From an uncultured Pseudomonadales bacterium (lineage in GTDB: Bacteria; Patescibacteriota; Microgenomatia; UBA1400; PJMF01), in contig CAYOQI010000002.1 in assembly GCA_964406075.1 (NCBI GenBank), forward strand, positions 18,700 through 82,699: a stretch of 64,000 nucleotides of DNA, read 5' to 3'. Below the pieces are notes generated by a model. That model saw only the letters and a list, made by a program, of their open reading frames with translations, was not told the origin of the DNA and did not search any database. Below are positions 1-8,279 of this stretch, one piece after another. Each line of letters opens with the position of its first letter. Position 1 is the first letter of the stretch. The position numbers and the translations under genes were made by a program.

Positions 1-2114
1 CCAGCAATTTCTTTGATCCATTGTTCTGAATTTGTTGGCGGAGTGTATTGGGCAGAAATTTGGGCATCTAAAATTACTCGGGCTGAACTCGATGCGGTCT
101 GACTTTGCTTCGATAAAATGTTGATCGTATCTTCCAGCAGTGCTCCACCATCTGGGATTAACTCGACCAGCGTGTTTTGGGCGAGAGGTTTCAAATCTTG
201 AGCTTGATAAATATACGCTTCGGCTTCTACGGTTGCGGTCAATTTGAGGTTTTGTGTTTCATCTCCAACTTTGGCGCTGTACTCTTCTTTCGTCACGGTA
301 GACTTTCCAGAAACGACGATGTACTCACCATCTTTTTTGCTCTCGTTCAACTCTTTTTCAATTTGCTTTGTCAATTCTTCTTTCAATGAACTCATTAATT
401 TCGTTGGGTCTTCTTTCGCGACAGCTTGTGATTCCCGGCTTGTTCCGCCTGCAATATCTTTTTCATTGCGTGCCATGTATGTTTCTTTACTAAAGTTGGC
501 AATCACAAACTCTGTCTCTTTGCTTTGGTTGTAATCTGCACCAATATCAGCGGCCACAATTTTTGCATCCTTTTTTCCTGATTCCAACGTTTTATTGAGA
601 TTGTTGTCAATTTTGGCGGTAGCGGAAGCGACCACAACTTCTTCATCTAAAAGAAACTTCTTATTATTTGCTTGAAATTCAGTTCCTTTGGCAAAGGTTT
701 TGGTGTTTTCGGTGCCATTGTAAATTGTGACGGTGCCTTTTGCTTTTTCACCGATCAACTTTGAACCTGTCGTGCTCGTTTCTTGAGAACCGCTTGCTTC
801 TTTTTTAACAATTTCTGCTTTCAATACGCTTTGATTTTCAGAATTAGAGGAAGCGTTGGGATCGAGCGCAATTTGCACATCTTTTTGAACAGTTTCTGTT
901 TTTAATACTATTTTCACATCTGCTCTTACCTGAGATCGTAAAGTCAAATATCCACCAAGTGCTCCAACGATCAAGATGACACCGAGTACTGGGAGAAGCA
1001 ATTTACGCGGACTTGCCGCTTGAACTCTCCGAGGAGCGACGGCCACCACTGCTGAATCAACCGGTTTCTTTTTGAAAAAAGGAAGAGCGAAAGAAAAGCC
1101 TCTTTTTTTAACTGGAGGTAAAACCTCATTTGCGTCTTGATCCACTTCTTTTAATTCAGGGATAGGTGCTCTCACAGGTTTGGCTGGAACTGCTGACACC
1201 GCCACGGGTAAACCAAATGACGTAACATTTGAGTCCTCTTTCGCCGCGTCAACAGCTTCAAATCCAAAGTCTGTCTCTGCTGGCACTGGTTTTTCCACAC
1301 TCTTTTTTTCAGGTGAAATTGCGGGAGCGGGTGTTGGAACAGCAACGGGAGCTGATGCACTTTTTTGTGCTTTCAAAATTTCTTGGCCACCGACTTCAGA
1401 AATTGCTTGCACCACAATCGTTTTCTTCAAGACTTCGACTTCCGGAATCCGAGTGAAATGCCCTTTGGCCACCCAATCAAAATGTAAGAATTCATTTTTG
1501 ATTTCATTGAGTTGTTCATCGGTAAGGATGGAAGAAAAAAAGAAAACCTGAGGTGGGAAAAGGTCCTTATTAATCCGAGCAATCGCTTCCTGAAAATCCT
1601 CAATCAACAATTCACTTCTTCCCACGGTTTCATGTTGAGTACTTTGTCCATTTTCAATTAAAGATAAAACAATTTCACCAGGTGAAACTTCAAAAAATAG
1701 TGATGAATTTGCTGCCCCACTTTTGACCGACAAATACTTCCACAGTGCTTCATGTGACAAAACAAAACCTACTGGAGTTAAATGGGTTTGTTTCGAAATA
1801 TTCTTAAGCAATGTTTTTTTCTGAGGCAAGATATCATCATCTTTCACCCACTCTTCTGGCAGGCCTAGAAGCACTTCTCCTATCCCTTTAGCTTTTTCTT
1901 TCAGTTCAGTCACTCCAAATTCTATTGCATCAGCCAGCTGACTTTCTTCTTGCCATTCTTTTGGTGTACCCACCGAAAGCACTTGAACTGCTCCAGCATT
2001 CACTTCCCAAACCGCCAAAGTCACCGATGTATCAGTAATATAACAAGTGAGGACTTTTTTTTCTTGAGTTGGTTGGTTGCGGTTCAGAGATGGTAATTGC
2101 ATAACATTGAGCAT
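1..2114 (-). CDS. Hypothetical membrane-anchored protein; its 3' end runs off the left edge, so it is absent from the ORF track
   Basis: Hand translation of the minus strand gives an uninterrupted frame from ATG 2114 (alternative ATG 2102) to position 1, about 700 codons. It starts MLNVMQLPSLNRNQPTQEKKVLTCYITDTSVTLAVWEV. The layout is an N-terminal soluble domain, a Pro/Ala-rich linker, one TM helix (LLLPVLGVILIVGALGGYL), then a Lys/Thr-rich C-domain with KGTVTIYNGTENTKTF. Function not recognised. Confidence 0.8.
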   Translation of the reverse strand, partial: MLNVMQLPSLNRNQPTQEKKVLTCYITDTSVTLAVWEVNAGAVQVLSVGTPKEWQEESQLADAIEFGVTELKEKAKGIGEVLLGLPEEWVKDDDILPQKKTLLKNISKQTHLTPVGFVLSHEALWKYLSVKSGAANSSLFFEVSPGEIVLSLIENGQSTQHETVGRSELLIEDFQEAIARINKDLFPPQVFFFSSILTDEQLNEIKNEFLHFDWVAKGHFTRIPEVEVLKKTIVVQAISEVGGQEILKAQKSASAPVAVPTPAPAISPEKKSVEKPVPAETDFGFEAVDAAKEDSNVTSFGLPVAVSAVPAKPVRAPIPELKEVDQDANEVLPPVKKRGFSFALPFFKKKPVDSAVVAVAPRRVQAASPRKLLLPVLGVILIVGALGGYLTLRSQVRADVKIVLKTETVQKDVQIALDPNASSNSENQSVLKAEIVKKEASGSQETSTTGSKLIGEKAKGTVTIYNGTENTKTFAKGTEFQANNKKFLLDEEVVVASATAKIDNNLNKTLESGKKDAKIVAADIGADYNQSKETEFVIANFSKETYMARNEKDIAGGTSRESQAVAKEDPTKLMSSLKEELTKQIEKELNESKKDGEYIVVSGKSTVTKEEYSAKVGDETQNLKLTATVEAEAYIYQAQDLKPLAQNTLVELIPDGGALLEDTINILSKQSQTASSSARVILDAQISAQYTPPTNSEQWIKEIA

Positions 2115-2315
2115 CTTCAGATTAACACCCGAATTGCGAAATCCCGCCAATTTAATAAAACCAATTTCTAAATAACTCTTGAATATCTTGACAACTACTA
2201 ACTATTCCTCAGCATAATCAACGGCGGGAGAAATTACTCTCGTGAAAGAGCTGTGTTCCATTTAAGCAAAAATTTAACAAAGAGGATAGAGGCTAGAGGT
2301 TTGTACTTGGCGTTT

Positions 2316-2362
2316 TTCTCCTCTTCTAGAGGAGAACATCTGGTTTTTAATAAAAACCAGAT
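2316..2362. promoter_or_regulatory. Two adjacent perfect hairpins in a divergent intergenic region
   Basis: TTCTCCTC(2316-2323)/GAGGAGAA(2329-2336) with a 5-nt loop is followed directly by ATCTGGTTTTT(2338-2348)/AAAAACCAGAT(2352-2362) with a 3-nt loop. Neither has a U-tract, so they are not classic terminators. Confidence 0.5.
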
Positions 2363-2378
2363 AAGAGGCGTCAAATAT

Positions 2379-2407
2379 TCGACAATTTAACTATTATAGG
2401 ATATAAT
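2379..2407 (+). promoter_or_regulatory. Sigma70-type promoter for the small ORF at 2441
   Basis: TCGACA (2379-2384), a 17-nt spacer, then TATAAT (2402-2407). The -10 box sits inside the palindrome AGGATAT-A-ATATCCT (2398-2412). Confidence 0.55.
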
Positions 2408-2440
2408 ATCCTCAAGTGAAGAACTCAATAAGGAGCTAGA

Positions 2441-2575
2441 ATGAACATATTAGACGCTGTAGGTCATTTGGTTCTATTTTTTTCGACTTTGCTTGTGATG
2501 TGTGTATTATACTCAAACATCATGGATAAGTTGAGAACTATTGAGGCAAAACTGGACGAGCTTCTTAAAAAATAA
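2441..2575 (+). CDS. 44-aa hydrophobic peptide, below the track's size cut-off
   Basis: MNILDAVGHLVLFFSTLLVMCVLYSNIMDKLRTIEAKLDELLKK. An AAGGAG RBS lies 5 nt upstream, a promoter sits at 2379-2407, and an intrinsic terminator follows directly. Confidence 0.6.
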   Translation: MNILDAVGHLVLFFSTLLVMCVLYSNIMDKLRTIEAKLDELLKK

Positions 2576-2593
2576 GGAGTGAATCCACTTCCT

Positions 2594-2629
2594 CCCCCTG
2601 GGAAGTAAAACACAGGGGGATTTTTTTTT
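2594..2629 (+). terminator. Rho-independent terminator
   Basis: CCCCCTG(2594-2600)/CAGGGGG(2613-2619) stem followed by a T9 run (2621-2629). Confidence 0.8.
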
Positions 2630-2649
2630 AGTAATCTAACTCCTTCTTG

Positions 2650-3555
2650 TCAAATTTTCTGCAAAACAATATTTGGTTTTCGATGAAAAACTCTCATTCT
2701 TGGGACAGAGTAATTATTATAAATTGCCCACAGACTCCCTGAGTATAAAAATTGTCCCGTGTTACTATTTGTTGTTTCTGGTGAATCATTGTTCATACTT
2801 GTAATGAAGGAAGCATGTGTCATTTCATATTCAATATTTGAAGCATCTAATATTTTTGTCATTCCAATCTCTGAAGCATCCAAATTCTCAAAAAGGATAA
2901 TATCTTCTTCATCTATTAGACCTTTTTCCACAAGACCATTAAAAAATAAATGTGAATTTTTAATCTCCTGATACTCAAAGGTTATGTGATTTTGTGAATT
3001 TTGAATAGCACGATGATCTTCTAGACCATATTTATCCCATATCGGTATATTTAGCACATCAATCATCACTTTTTGATCAAGAAAAAGATTGAATATTTTT
3101 TCTACATCGTCTCCCCAAATTGCTCCTTCAGCCAACTCAGATGATAATTCAGGGAGCGCTTGCCTTAGTGCATAGGTATAGCACTGATTTCCACCAGTTT
3201 CATAACTGTAAATATCTATATCATCATATCGATCCTCAGGAGTGCCATTTTCCTCAAGCGTTTTTTCAACATTCTCAGATAATTTTTCTGCTGGACCATC
3301 TTTAGATTTTAAAAAATGAACTGTAAGAGCTTCTTCTTTTTTTTCATTGTAAAACGTAAGCAAAAAGACTTCATAATGACTATCTAATTCTAGATTTTCT
3401 TCAGTTGATGGAGAAAGAGAATAATAAATAATTGAAGAAGAAAGTTCTGGTCGTCTTGACAAATATTTTGAAGTGTCGGGAAGTAAAGTAGTAGCACCAA
3501 AGCCTAGCATCCCCTCAAGAAATTTTCGTCGTGATATTCCTTTTGTCTTATCCAT
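2650..3555 (-). CDS. Secreted hypothetical protein with a twin-arginine signal peptide
   Basis: The N-terminus MDKTKGISRRKFLEGMLGFGATTLLP contains the SRRxFL Tat motif. The mature part is not recognised. GGNQCYTYAL plus a later EMTHASF could be a Cys/His hydrolase pair, but this is speculative. Confidence 0.6.
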   Translation of the reverse strand: MDKTKGISRRKFLEGMLGFGATTLLPDTSKYLSRRPELSSSIIYYSLSPSTEENLELDSHYEVFLLTFYNEKKEEALTVHFLKSKDGPAEKLSENVEKTLEENGTPEDRYDDIDIYSYETGGNQCYTYALRQALPELSSELAEGAIWGDDVEKIFNLFLDQKVMIDVLNIPIWDKYGLEDHRAIQNSQNHITFEYQEIKNSHLFFNGLVEKGLIDEEDIILFENLDASEIGMTKILDASNIEYEMTHASFITSMNNDSPETTNSNTGQFLYSGSLWAIYNNYSVPRMRVFHRKPNIVLQKI

Positions 3556-3574
3556 ATAAGGATGACTATATCAG

Positions 3575-5446
3575 TTATGCAAAGGAAATATAAATCCGTC
3601 TCACCCCTGCACTCACAGCTTGTTCTTTATCAATTTTCAATTTCCCAATTTGACCTGTACGTTCAACGTGAGGACCACCACACAGTTCTTTTGATATCCA
3701 ATCTTTTTCAGCGTCATTTCCAACTGTGTAGACAGAAACTTCATCCGGATATTTTTCGATAAAAAAGGCAATCGCTCCAGAATCCAAAGCGTCCTGTTTT
3801 TTCATCATCTGCTTGGTCACAGGAAAATCTTCTGCAATCCACGTATTGATTTGACCTTCGACTTTTTGTTTTTCTTCTGCGGTTAACGCTCGATCAAAAG
3901 AAAAATCAAATCGCAATCGTTCAGCTGTGATATTTGACCCTTTTTGTTGAACTGATGTGCCTAATAATTTTCTGAGTGAAGCGTGAAGGAGGTGAGTGGC
4001 AGTATGAAATTTCACCGTCTCCTGTGACTGATCAGCGAGTCCACCTTTGAACATACCTGATGATGCTGAGCGACTTAATTGTTTGTGTTTTTCAAATTCT
4101 TGCTTAAATTGATCAGGATCAACCATTTGTCCTCGTTCTTGAGCTATTTCTTGAGTCAGTTCCAGTGGGAAACCATATGTCTCATACATTTTGAACGCAA
4201 TTTGACCATCCAATTTTTCTACCTTTTCAATTTCCTTCATGCCTTTTGCCAAGGTTTTTCTAAATTTTTCTTCTTCAATTGAAAACTGTTCGCTTATCTT
4301 AGATATCTGATTTTTTACTTCTGGATAAGCTTCTTCATATAATTTTGCAACAACTGGAACCAAATCTGATAAAAATGGTTTTTCAACTCCCATCAAATGG
4401 GCAAACCGAATTGATCGACGTAACAGACGGCGAGAAAAATATCCTTGTTGTTTATTCGAAGGAAACACTCCATCCGAGGCTAACATCACTGCCGCTCGTA
4501 TATGATCACCAATTACTCGAAAACTTCGAGTTACTTTTTCATCTGATCCGTACGATTCATTTGTAATCTCTTCTAATTGCGAAATAACTGCTTGAAACGC
4601 ATCCGTCTTAAACACATCCGGATCATTATTTTTTGCTGCCAAAATCCGTTCTAATCCTCCACCGAAATCAACATTTTTTTGAGGAAGTTCTTTAAATGAA
4701 CCATCATCTTGTTTTTGGTACTGCATGAAAACTGAGTTTCCAATTTCCATAAACCGTCCACAATCACAATTTACATGACAAAGTTCATCTTTCCATTGAG
4801 AATGTTCATGAAGTTGTAATTCGTCCCCAAAATCATAAAAGACTTCACTGTCGGGACCACCAGGTTCACCTACCGGCATATTTGCTGGAACTCCTGATCG
4901 TGACCACCAATTTTTCTTTTCGTTAAAATAAAAAATTCTGCCACTTTGCATACCTTTTTCTTCAGCGTTCTCAACATCTATGGCTTCAATTCCTACTTCT
5001 TTAAAAATATTTTTCCAAATCTCTACAGATTCTGTGTCACGAGGAACTTGATCATTTCCAGCAAAGACCGTTACATACAATCGTTGCGGATCAAGTCCCA
5101 CTTCTTTTGTTAAAAATTCAAAAAACCATGGAAGTTGCTCTTTTTTAAAGTATTCTCCCAGCGACCAATTTCCTAACATTTCGAAAAAAGTCGTATGACG
5201 ATTGTCACCAACTTCTTCAATATCTTGAGAACGAAATGATTTTTGAGAATCGACTAATTTTTTTCCTGAAGGGTGCGGCTGACCAAGTAAATATGGAACC
5301 AGTGGTTGCATACCTGAACTGGTGAACAAAGTGGTTGGATCATTTTCTGGAACCAACGGTGAAGATGGAATAATGGCATGACCGCGCTCTGCAAAGAATT
5401 GCAAGTATTTTTCACGAAGCTTATTGAGAGTAAGAGTGGAAGACAT
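3575..5446 (-). CDS. alaS: Alanine--tRNA ligase, short form lacking the C-Ala domain
   Basis: A class II AlaRS N-terminus (LREKYLQFFAERGHAIIPSSPLVP) and editing-domain motifs HTATHLLH and CGGPHV. The protein ends after the editing domain at 623 aa. Confidence 0.95.
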   Translation of the reverse strand: MSSTLTLNKLREKYLQFFAERGHAIIPSSPLVPENDPTTLFTSSGMQPLVPYLLGQPHPSGKKLVDSQKSFRSQDIEEVGDNRHTTFFEMLGNWSLGEYFKKEQLPWFFEFLTKEVGLDPQRLYVTVFAGNDQVPRDTESVEIWKNIFKEVGIEAIDVENAEEKGMQSGRIFYFNEKKNWWSRSGVPANMPVGEPGGPDSEVFYDFGDELQLHEHSQWKDELCHVNCDCGRFMEIGNSVFMQYQKQDDGSFKELPQKNVDFGGGLERILAAKNNDPDVFKTDAFQAVISQLEEITNESYGSDEKVTRSFRVIGDHIRAAVMLASDGVFPSNKQQGYFSRRLLRRSIRFAHLMGVEKPFLSDLVPVVAKLYEEAYPEVKNQISKISEQFSIEEEKFRKTLAKGMKEIEKVEKLDGQIAFKMYETYGFPLELTQEIAQERGQMVDPDQFKQEFEKHKQLSRSASSGMFKGGLADQSQETVKFHTATHLLHASLRKLLGTSVQQKGSNITAERLRFDFSFDRALTAEEKQKVEGQINTWIAEDFPVTKQMMKKQDALDSGAIAFFIEKYPDEVSVYTVGNDAEKDWISKELCGGPHVERTGQIGKLKIDKEQAVSAGVRRIYISFA

Positions 5447-5467
5447 GAGGTGGATTATACATGATGT

Positions 5468-5613
5468 GTCATTCAGAGTAATCTGATGTAATCATCAGAA
5501 ACGAAGAATCCCGTCGTTTATAGAAATGGAAAATTAATCAGAAAAATAAATTACTTCAATGAGCAACGGGATCCTTCGATCCATGTGCGATGCACTTGGA
5601 TTCTCAGGATGAC
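5468..5613. repeat. Intercistronic palindromic structured element, copy A
   Basis: Outer arms are GTCATTCAGAG / CTCAGGATGAC. Inner arms are GAAGAATCCCGT / ACGGGATCCTTC. An internal hairpin spans 5482-5499, and the AT-rich loop is homologous to that of copy B (45864-45989). Confidence 0.75.
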
Positions 5614-5620
5614 ATACCCT

Positions 5621-6256
5621 CTATTCTACAATCACTTTTCTCTGAATCGTCGTTGAGCGTTTATTTCTATCTTCCGCCACGACAGTAATCGTCTGTTCAC
5701 CTTGGGAAGAAAACTCCATTCCATACTCAAAACTACCATCTTTTTCTATGGCCACAGGTTCAGAATTGATCGTAAGCACGGCATCAATTTGAGTTTTACC
5801 AGATACAAGAACAGGAGAAATAACTGTTTGGGCATCTTCGGGAGAAGTGACTTGAAGCATAGGTGGTTTTCGTAAACGATACCACTGCATTCCTGCAAAA
5901 ATCACAATTCCTGTCACAAAAATTCCGCCGATAAACATTGTGAATAATCGTGGTGTCAAAAAAGTCCGTCGTCGATGAATCGTTTTCAAATATTCACGTG
6001 GAATAATTTTCCCTCGCTCACCTACTTTGAAGTCGCGACGAAACAACGCGAGCACTGTAGCTTCATCGATATTCAAATAACGTGAGTAACTCTGCAAGAA
6101 GCCTCGAACGAAGGTGCTCGGAGGCAAAGATCGAAAATCATTCCGTTCTATGGCGTCCAAAAATTCGACTCGAATTTTGGTACGTTCAGAAATTTCAGCT
6201 AACTGTTTTCGCTGACGAACTCGTTCTTCATGTAAAACTTCACCAACTTTTTTCAT
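5621..6256 (-). CDS. RodZ-like HTH membrane protein
   Basis: An Xre-type HTH (LAEISERTKIRVEFLDAIERNDFRSLPPSTFVRGFLQSY), one TM helix and a C-terminal beta domain. The track start at 6283 is a TTG codon; ATG 6256 (MKKVGEV) is preferred. Confidence 0.7.
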   Translation of the reverse strand: MKKVGEVLHEERVRQRKQLAEISERTKIRVEFLDAIERNDFRSLPPSTFVRGFLQSYSRYLNIDEATVLALFRRDFKVGERGKIIPREYLKTIHRRRTFLTPRLFTMFIGGIFVTGIVIFAGMQWYRLRKPPMLQVTSPEDAQTVISPVLVSGKTQIDAVLTINSEPVAIEKDGSFEYGMEFSSQGEQTITVVAEDRNKRSTTIQRKVIVE

Positions 6257-6310
6257 AACAATAAATACCAGTTTGAAAAACAATTAACTGCAAAAATGTT
6301 AAGTAATCAA

Positions 6311-6748
6311 TTACTTAACTAACACTTTCACCATCCCTGACACTCTTGATCCATCAGCTTGACCTTTTACTTTAGCCATGACTTCTCTCATGATCAAACC
6401 AAATTCTTTCCCTTGATTGGAATCTACTACTTCTTGAACAATTTTTTGAAGTTCTTCATCACTCATTTCAGCAGGTAAAAATTCTTGAATGATTGCCAAC
6501 TTCCCAGTTTCTTCATCAACTAAATCTTGTCTGCCTCCAGCTAAGAATTGATCCATAGCTTCTTTTCTATTTTTCACTTCTTTTTTGAGCAATGAAATAA
6601 TTTCTTCATCAGTCATCTCTCTTTTTAAATCAATTTCTACGTTTTTAATTTGAGAAAGCATAAATCGAACCGTATCCAGTCGAACTTGATCGCGAGCACG
6701 CATCGCATTTTTCATCATCTCAGTCAGTTGTGAACGTAAAGTAGCCAT
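6311..6748 (-). CDS. GatB/YqeY domain protein
   Basis: MATLRSQLTEMMKNAMRARDQVRLDTVRFMLSQIKNVEID is typical of the YqeY family. Confidence 0.85.
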   Translation of the reverse strand: MATLRSQLTEMMKNAMRARDQVRLDTVRFMLSQIKNVEIDLKREMTDEEIISLLKKEVKNRKEAMDQFLAGGRQDLVDEETGKLAIIQEFLPAEMSDEELQKIVQEVVDSNQGKEFGLIMREVMAKVKGQADGSRVSGMVKVLVK

Positions 6749-6814
6749 AGAACTCCATGTAAAAAAGTATTAGGAATGAGGAGTATTGTACCTTGATCAA
6801 GTCGGCTGGGCAAA

Positions 6815-8275
6815 TTACCTTCGAAACAAGTGTGCCAGTTGATTTAAGCTTATTGAAATCTGCGTTGGTCGCCCATGCGGACACGTCAAAGACTCTGTTC
6901 CTGCGGCTAACAAATCTTTTACCAACTTCTGCATTTGAGCTTGATTTAAAGTTTGTCCAGCTCGAATAGCTTGATGACAAGCCAATACAGCTTTTTCTGC
7001 ATCGATATCTGGATGAAACGAGTGAAAATACTCATCATCATCAAAATCTGCTCTCGTCTCTTCATCAATATGAGATCGGAGTTTTTGTGCCACTTTTTCG
7101 TCTTTGAGTAAACGGTTGTACCACAGCTTCTCGTCTGCAGCATGTTGATCAATCAGTAAAAATCCGTGATTGGTTGGTACGAGTAAATACAGATTATGAA
7201 TCTGAGTGATTTCACCGGTAACTTCGGTAGCAGTTGTTTCTCGAACTCCGACATCAGGAAAAATGTGTTGTCCAACATATCTCAACTCATTGGTAGGGGT
7301 TTCTTGAAAGGCTTCGCTTATTGTCGTTTGGAGATAAGAAAAAATTTCTTGTTCGTGCAAAAACTTCACTTTCTTTTTCTGAGGATGAAGATTGATATCA
7401 ACCAATTCGGCGGGTATCTGAAGGCTGATATGAAATTGAGGAAAAAGCCCTCGATGTGAAAATGTTTTTAATCCTGAAGCAATACTTGGGAAAATAATTT
7501 GAGGATCCACAATTCGGTGATTGATAAAACAAAACATGTGCTTTCGGTGATTCACGAAATATTGAGGAGTACTAATCCAACCACTGATTTCGGTATATGG
7601 GTATGTAGAATTTAAATTTTTTCCGTGATCATTTCGCATTTTCCATGTTTGATATAAACGATCCGCATAGGTCTCGTTCGAAAAGCTCGTCCAAATAATT
7701 TTTCCTTGATGGGTAAGTTGAAACGCAATCGCCGGAAATTCCAAACTATATCCTTCAATCAGTTGCAAAATATCTCGAACTTCTTTTCTCGGTTGAATGG
7801 TTTTTTTTCTAACCGGCATATTTCCGAATAAATCAGACACCATCACTGTTGTTCCTTTTTGATGACCTTTAGGCAGAATTGGTTGCACTTTTCCACGGAT
7901 ACTTTGAATCTCATTTCCAACTTTTTCCTTTGCAGTTCGACTTAACACAGTAACTTCAGCCACAGATGAAATTGCGAATAAAGCTTCACCTCGAAAACCT
8001 AAAGTATGAATATGAAGCAAATCATCCGCCTCACTGAGTTTGCTCGTCGCATATCGCTCAAAAACTAGCCCCAGATCTTCAGCATTCATTCCTTGACCGT
8101 TATCAATCACCTTGATGAGATCTAATCCCGCGCCATCGAGCTGAATTTCAATCTGAGTTGCTCCTGAATCCAAAGCATTTTCCAATAATTCCTTGACTAC
8201 GGAATATGGTCGATCAATCACTTCACCAGCAGCAATCTGTCGGATCAAATGGTGGGGTAATTTTTTAATCGGCAT
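6815..8275 (-). CDS. mutL: DNA mismatch repair protein MutL, short endonuclease type
   Basis: A GHKL ATPase N-terminus (IAAGEVIDRPYSVVKELLENALDSGAT) and a C-terminal DQHAADEKLWY endonuclease motif. It starts 4 nt after the mutS stop. Confidence 0.95.
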   Translation of the reverse strand: MPIKKLPHHLIRQIAAGEVIDRPYSVVKELLENALDSGATQIEIQLDGAGLDLIKVIDNGQGMNAEDLGLVFERYATSKLSEADDLLHIHTLGFRGEALFAISSVAEVTVLSRTAKEKVGNEIQSIRGKVQPILPKGHQKGTTVMVSDLFGNMPVRKKTIQPRKEVRDILQLIEGYSLEFPAIAFQLTHQGKIIWTSFSNETYADRLYQTWKMRNDHGKNLNSTYPYTEISGWISTPQYFVNHRKHMFCFINHRIVDPQIIFPSIASGLKTFSHRGLFPQFHISLQIPAELVDINLHPQKKKVKFLHEQEIFSYLQTTISEAFQETPTNELRYVGQHIFPDVGVRETTATEVTGEITQIHNLYLLVPTNHGFLLIDQHAADEKLWYNRLLKDEKVAQKLRSHIDEETRADFDDDEYFHSFHPDIDAEKAVLACHQAIRAGQTLNQAQMQKLVKDLLAAGTESLTCPHGRPTQISISLNQLAHLFRR

Positions 8276-8279
8276 ATTC

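Noticed and set aside
6720-6980. The 86-aa minus-strand ORF spanning the yqeY start and the mutL end
   Set aside because: It overlaps two confident genes and the short intergenic region between them. It has no RBS and an odd composition.
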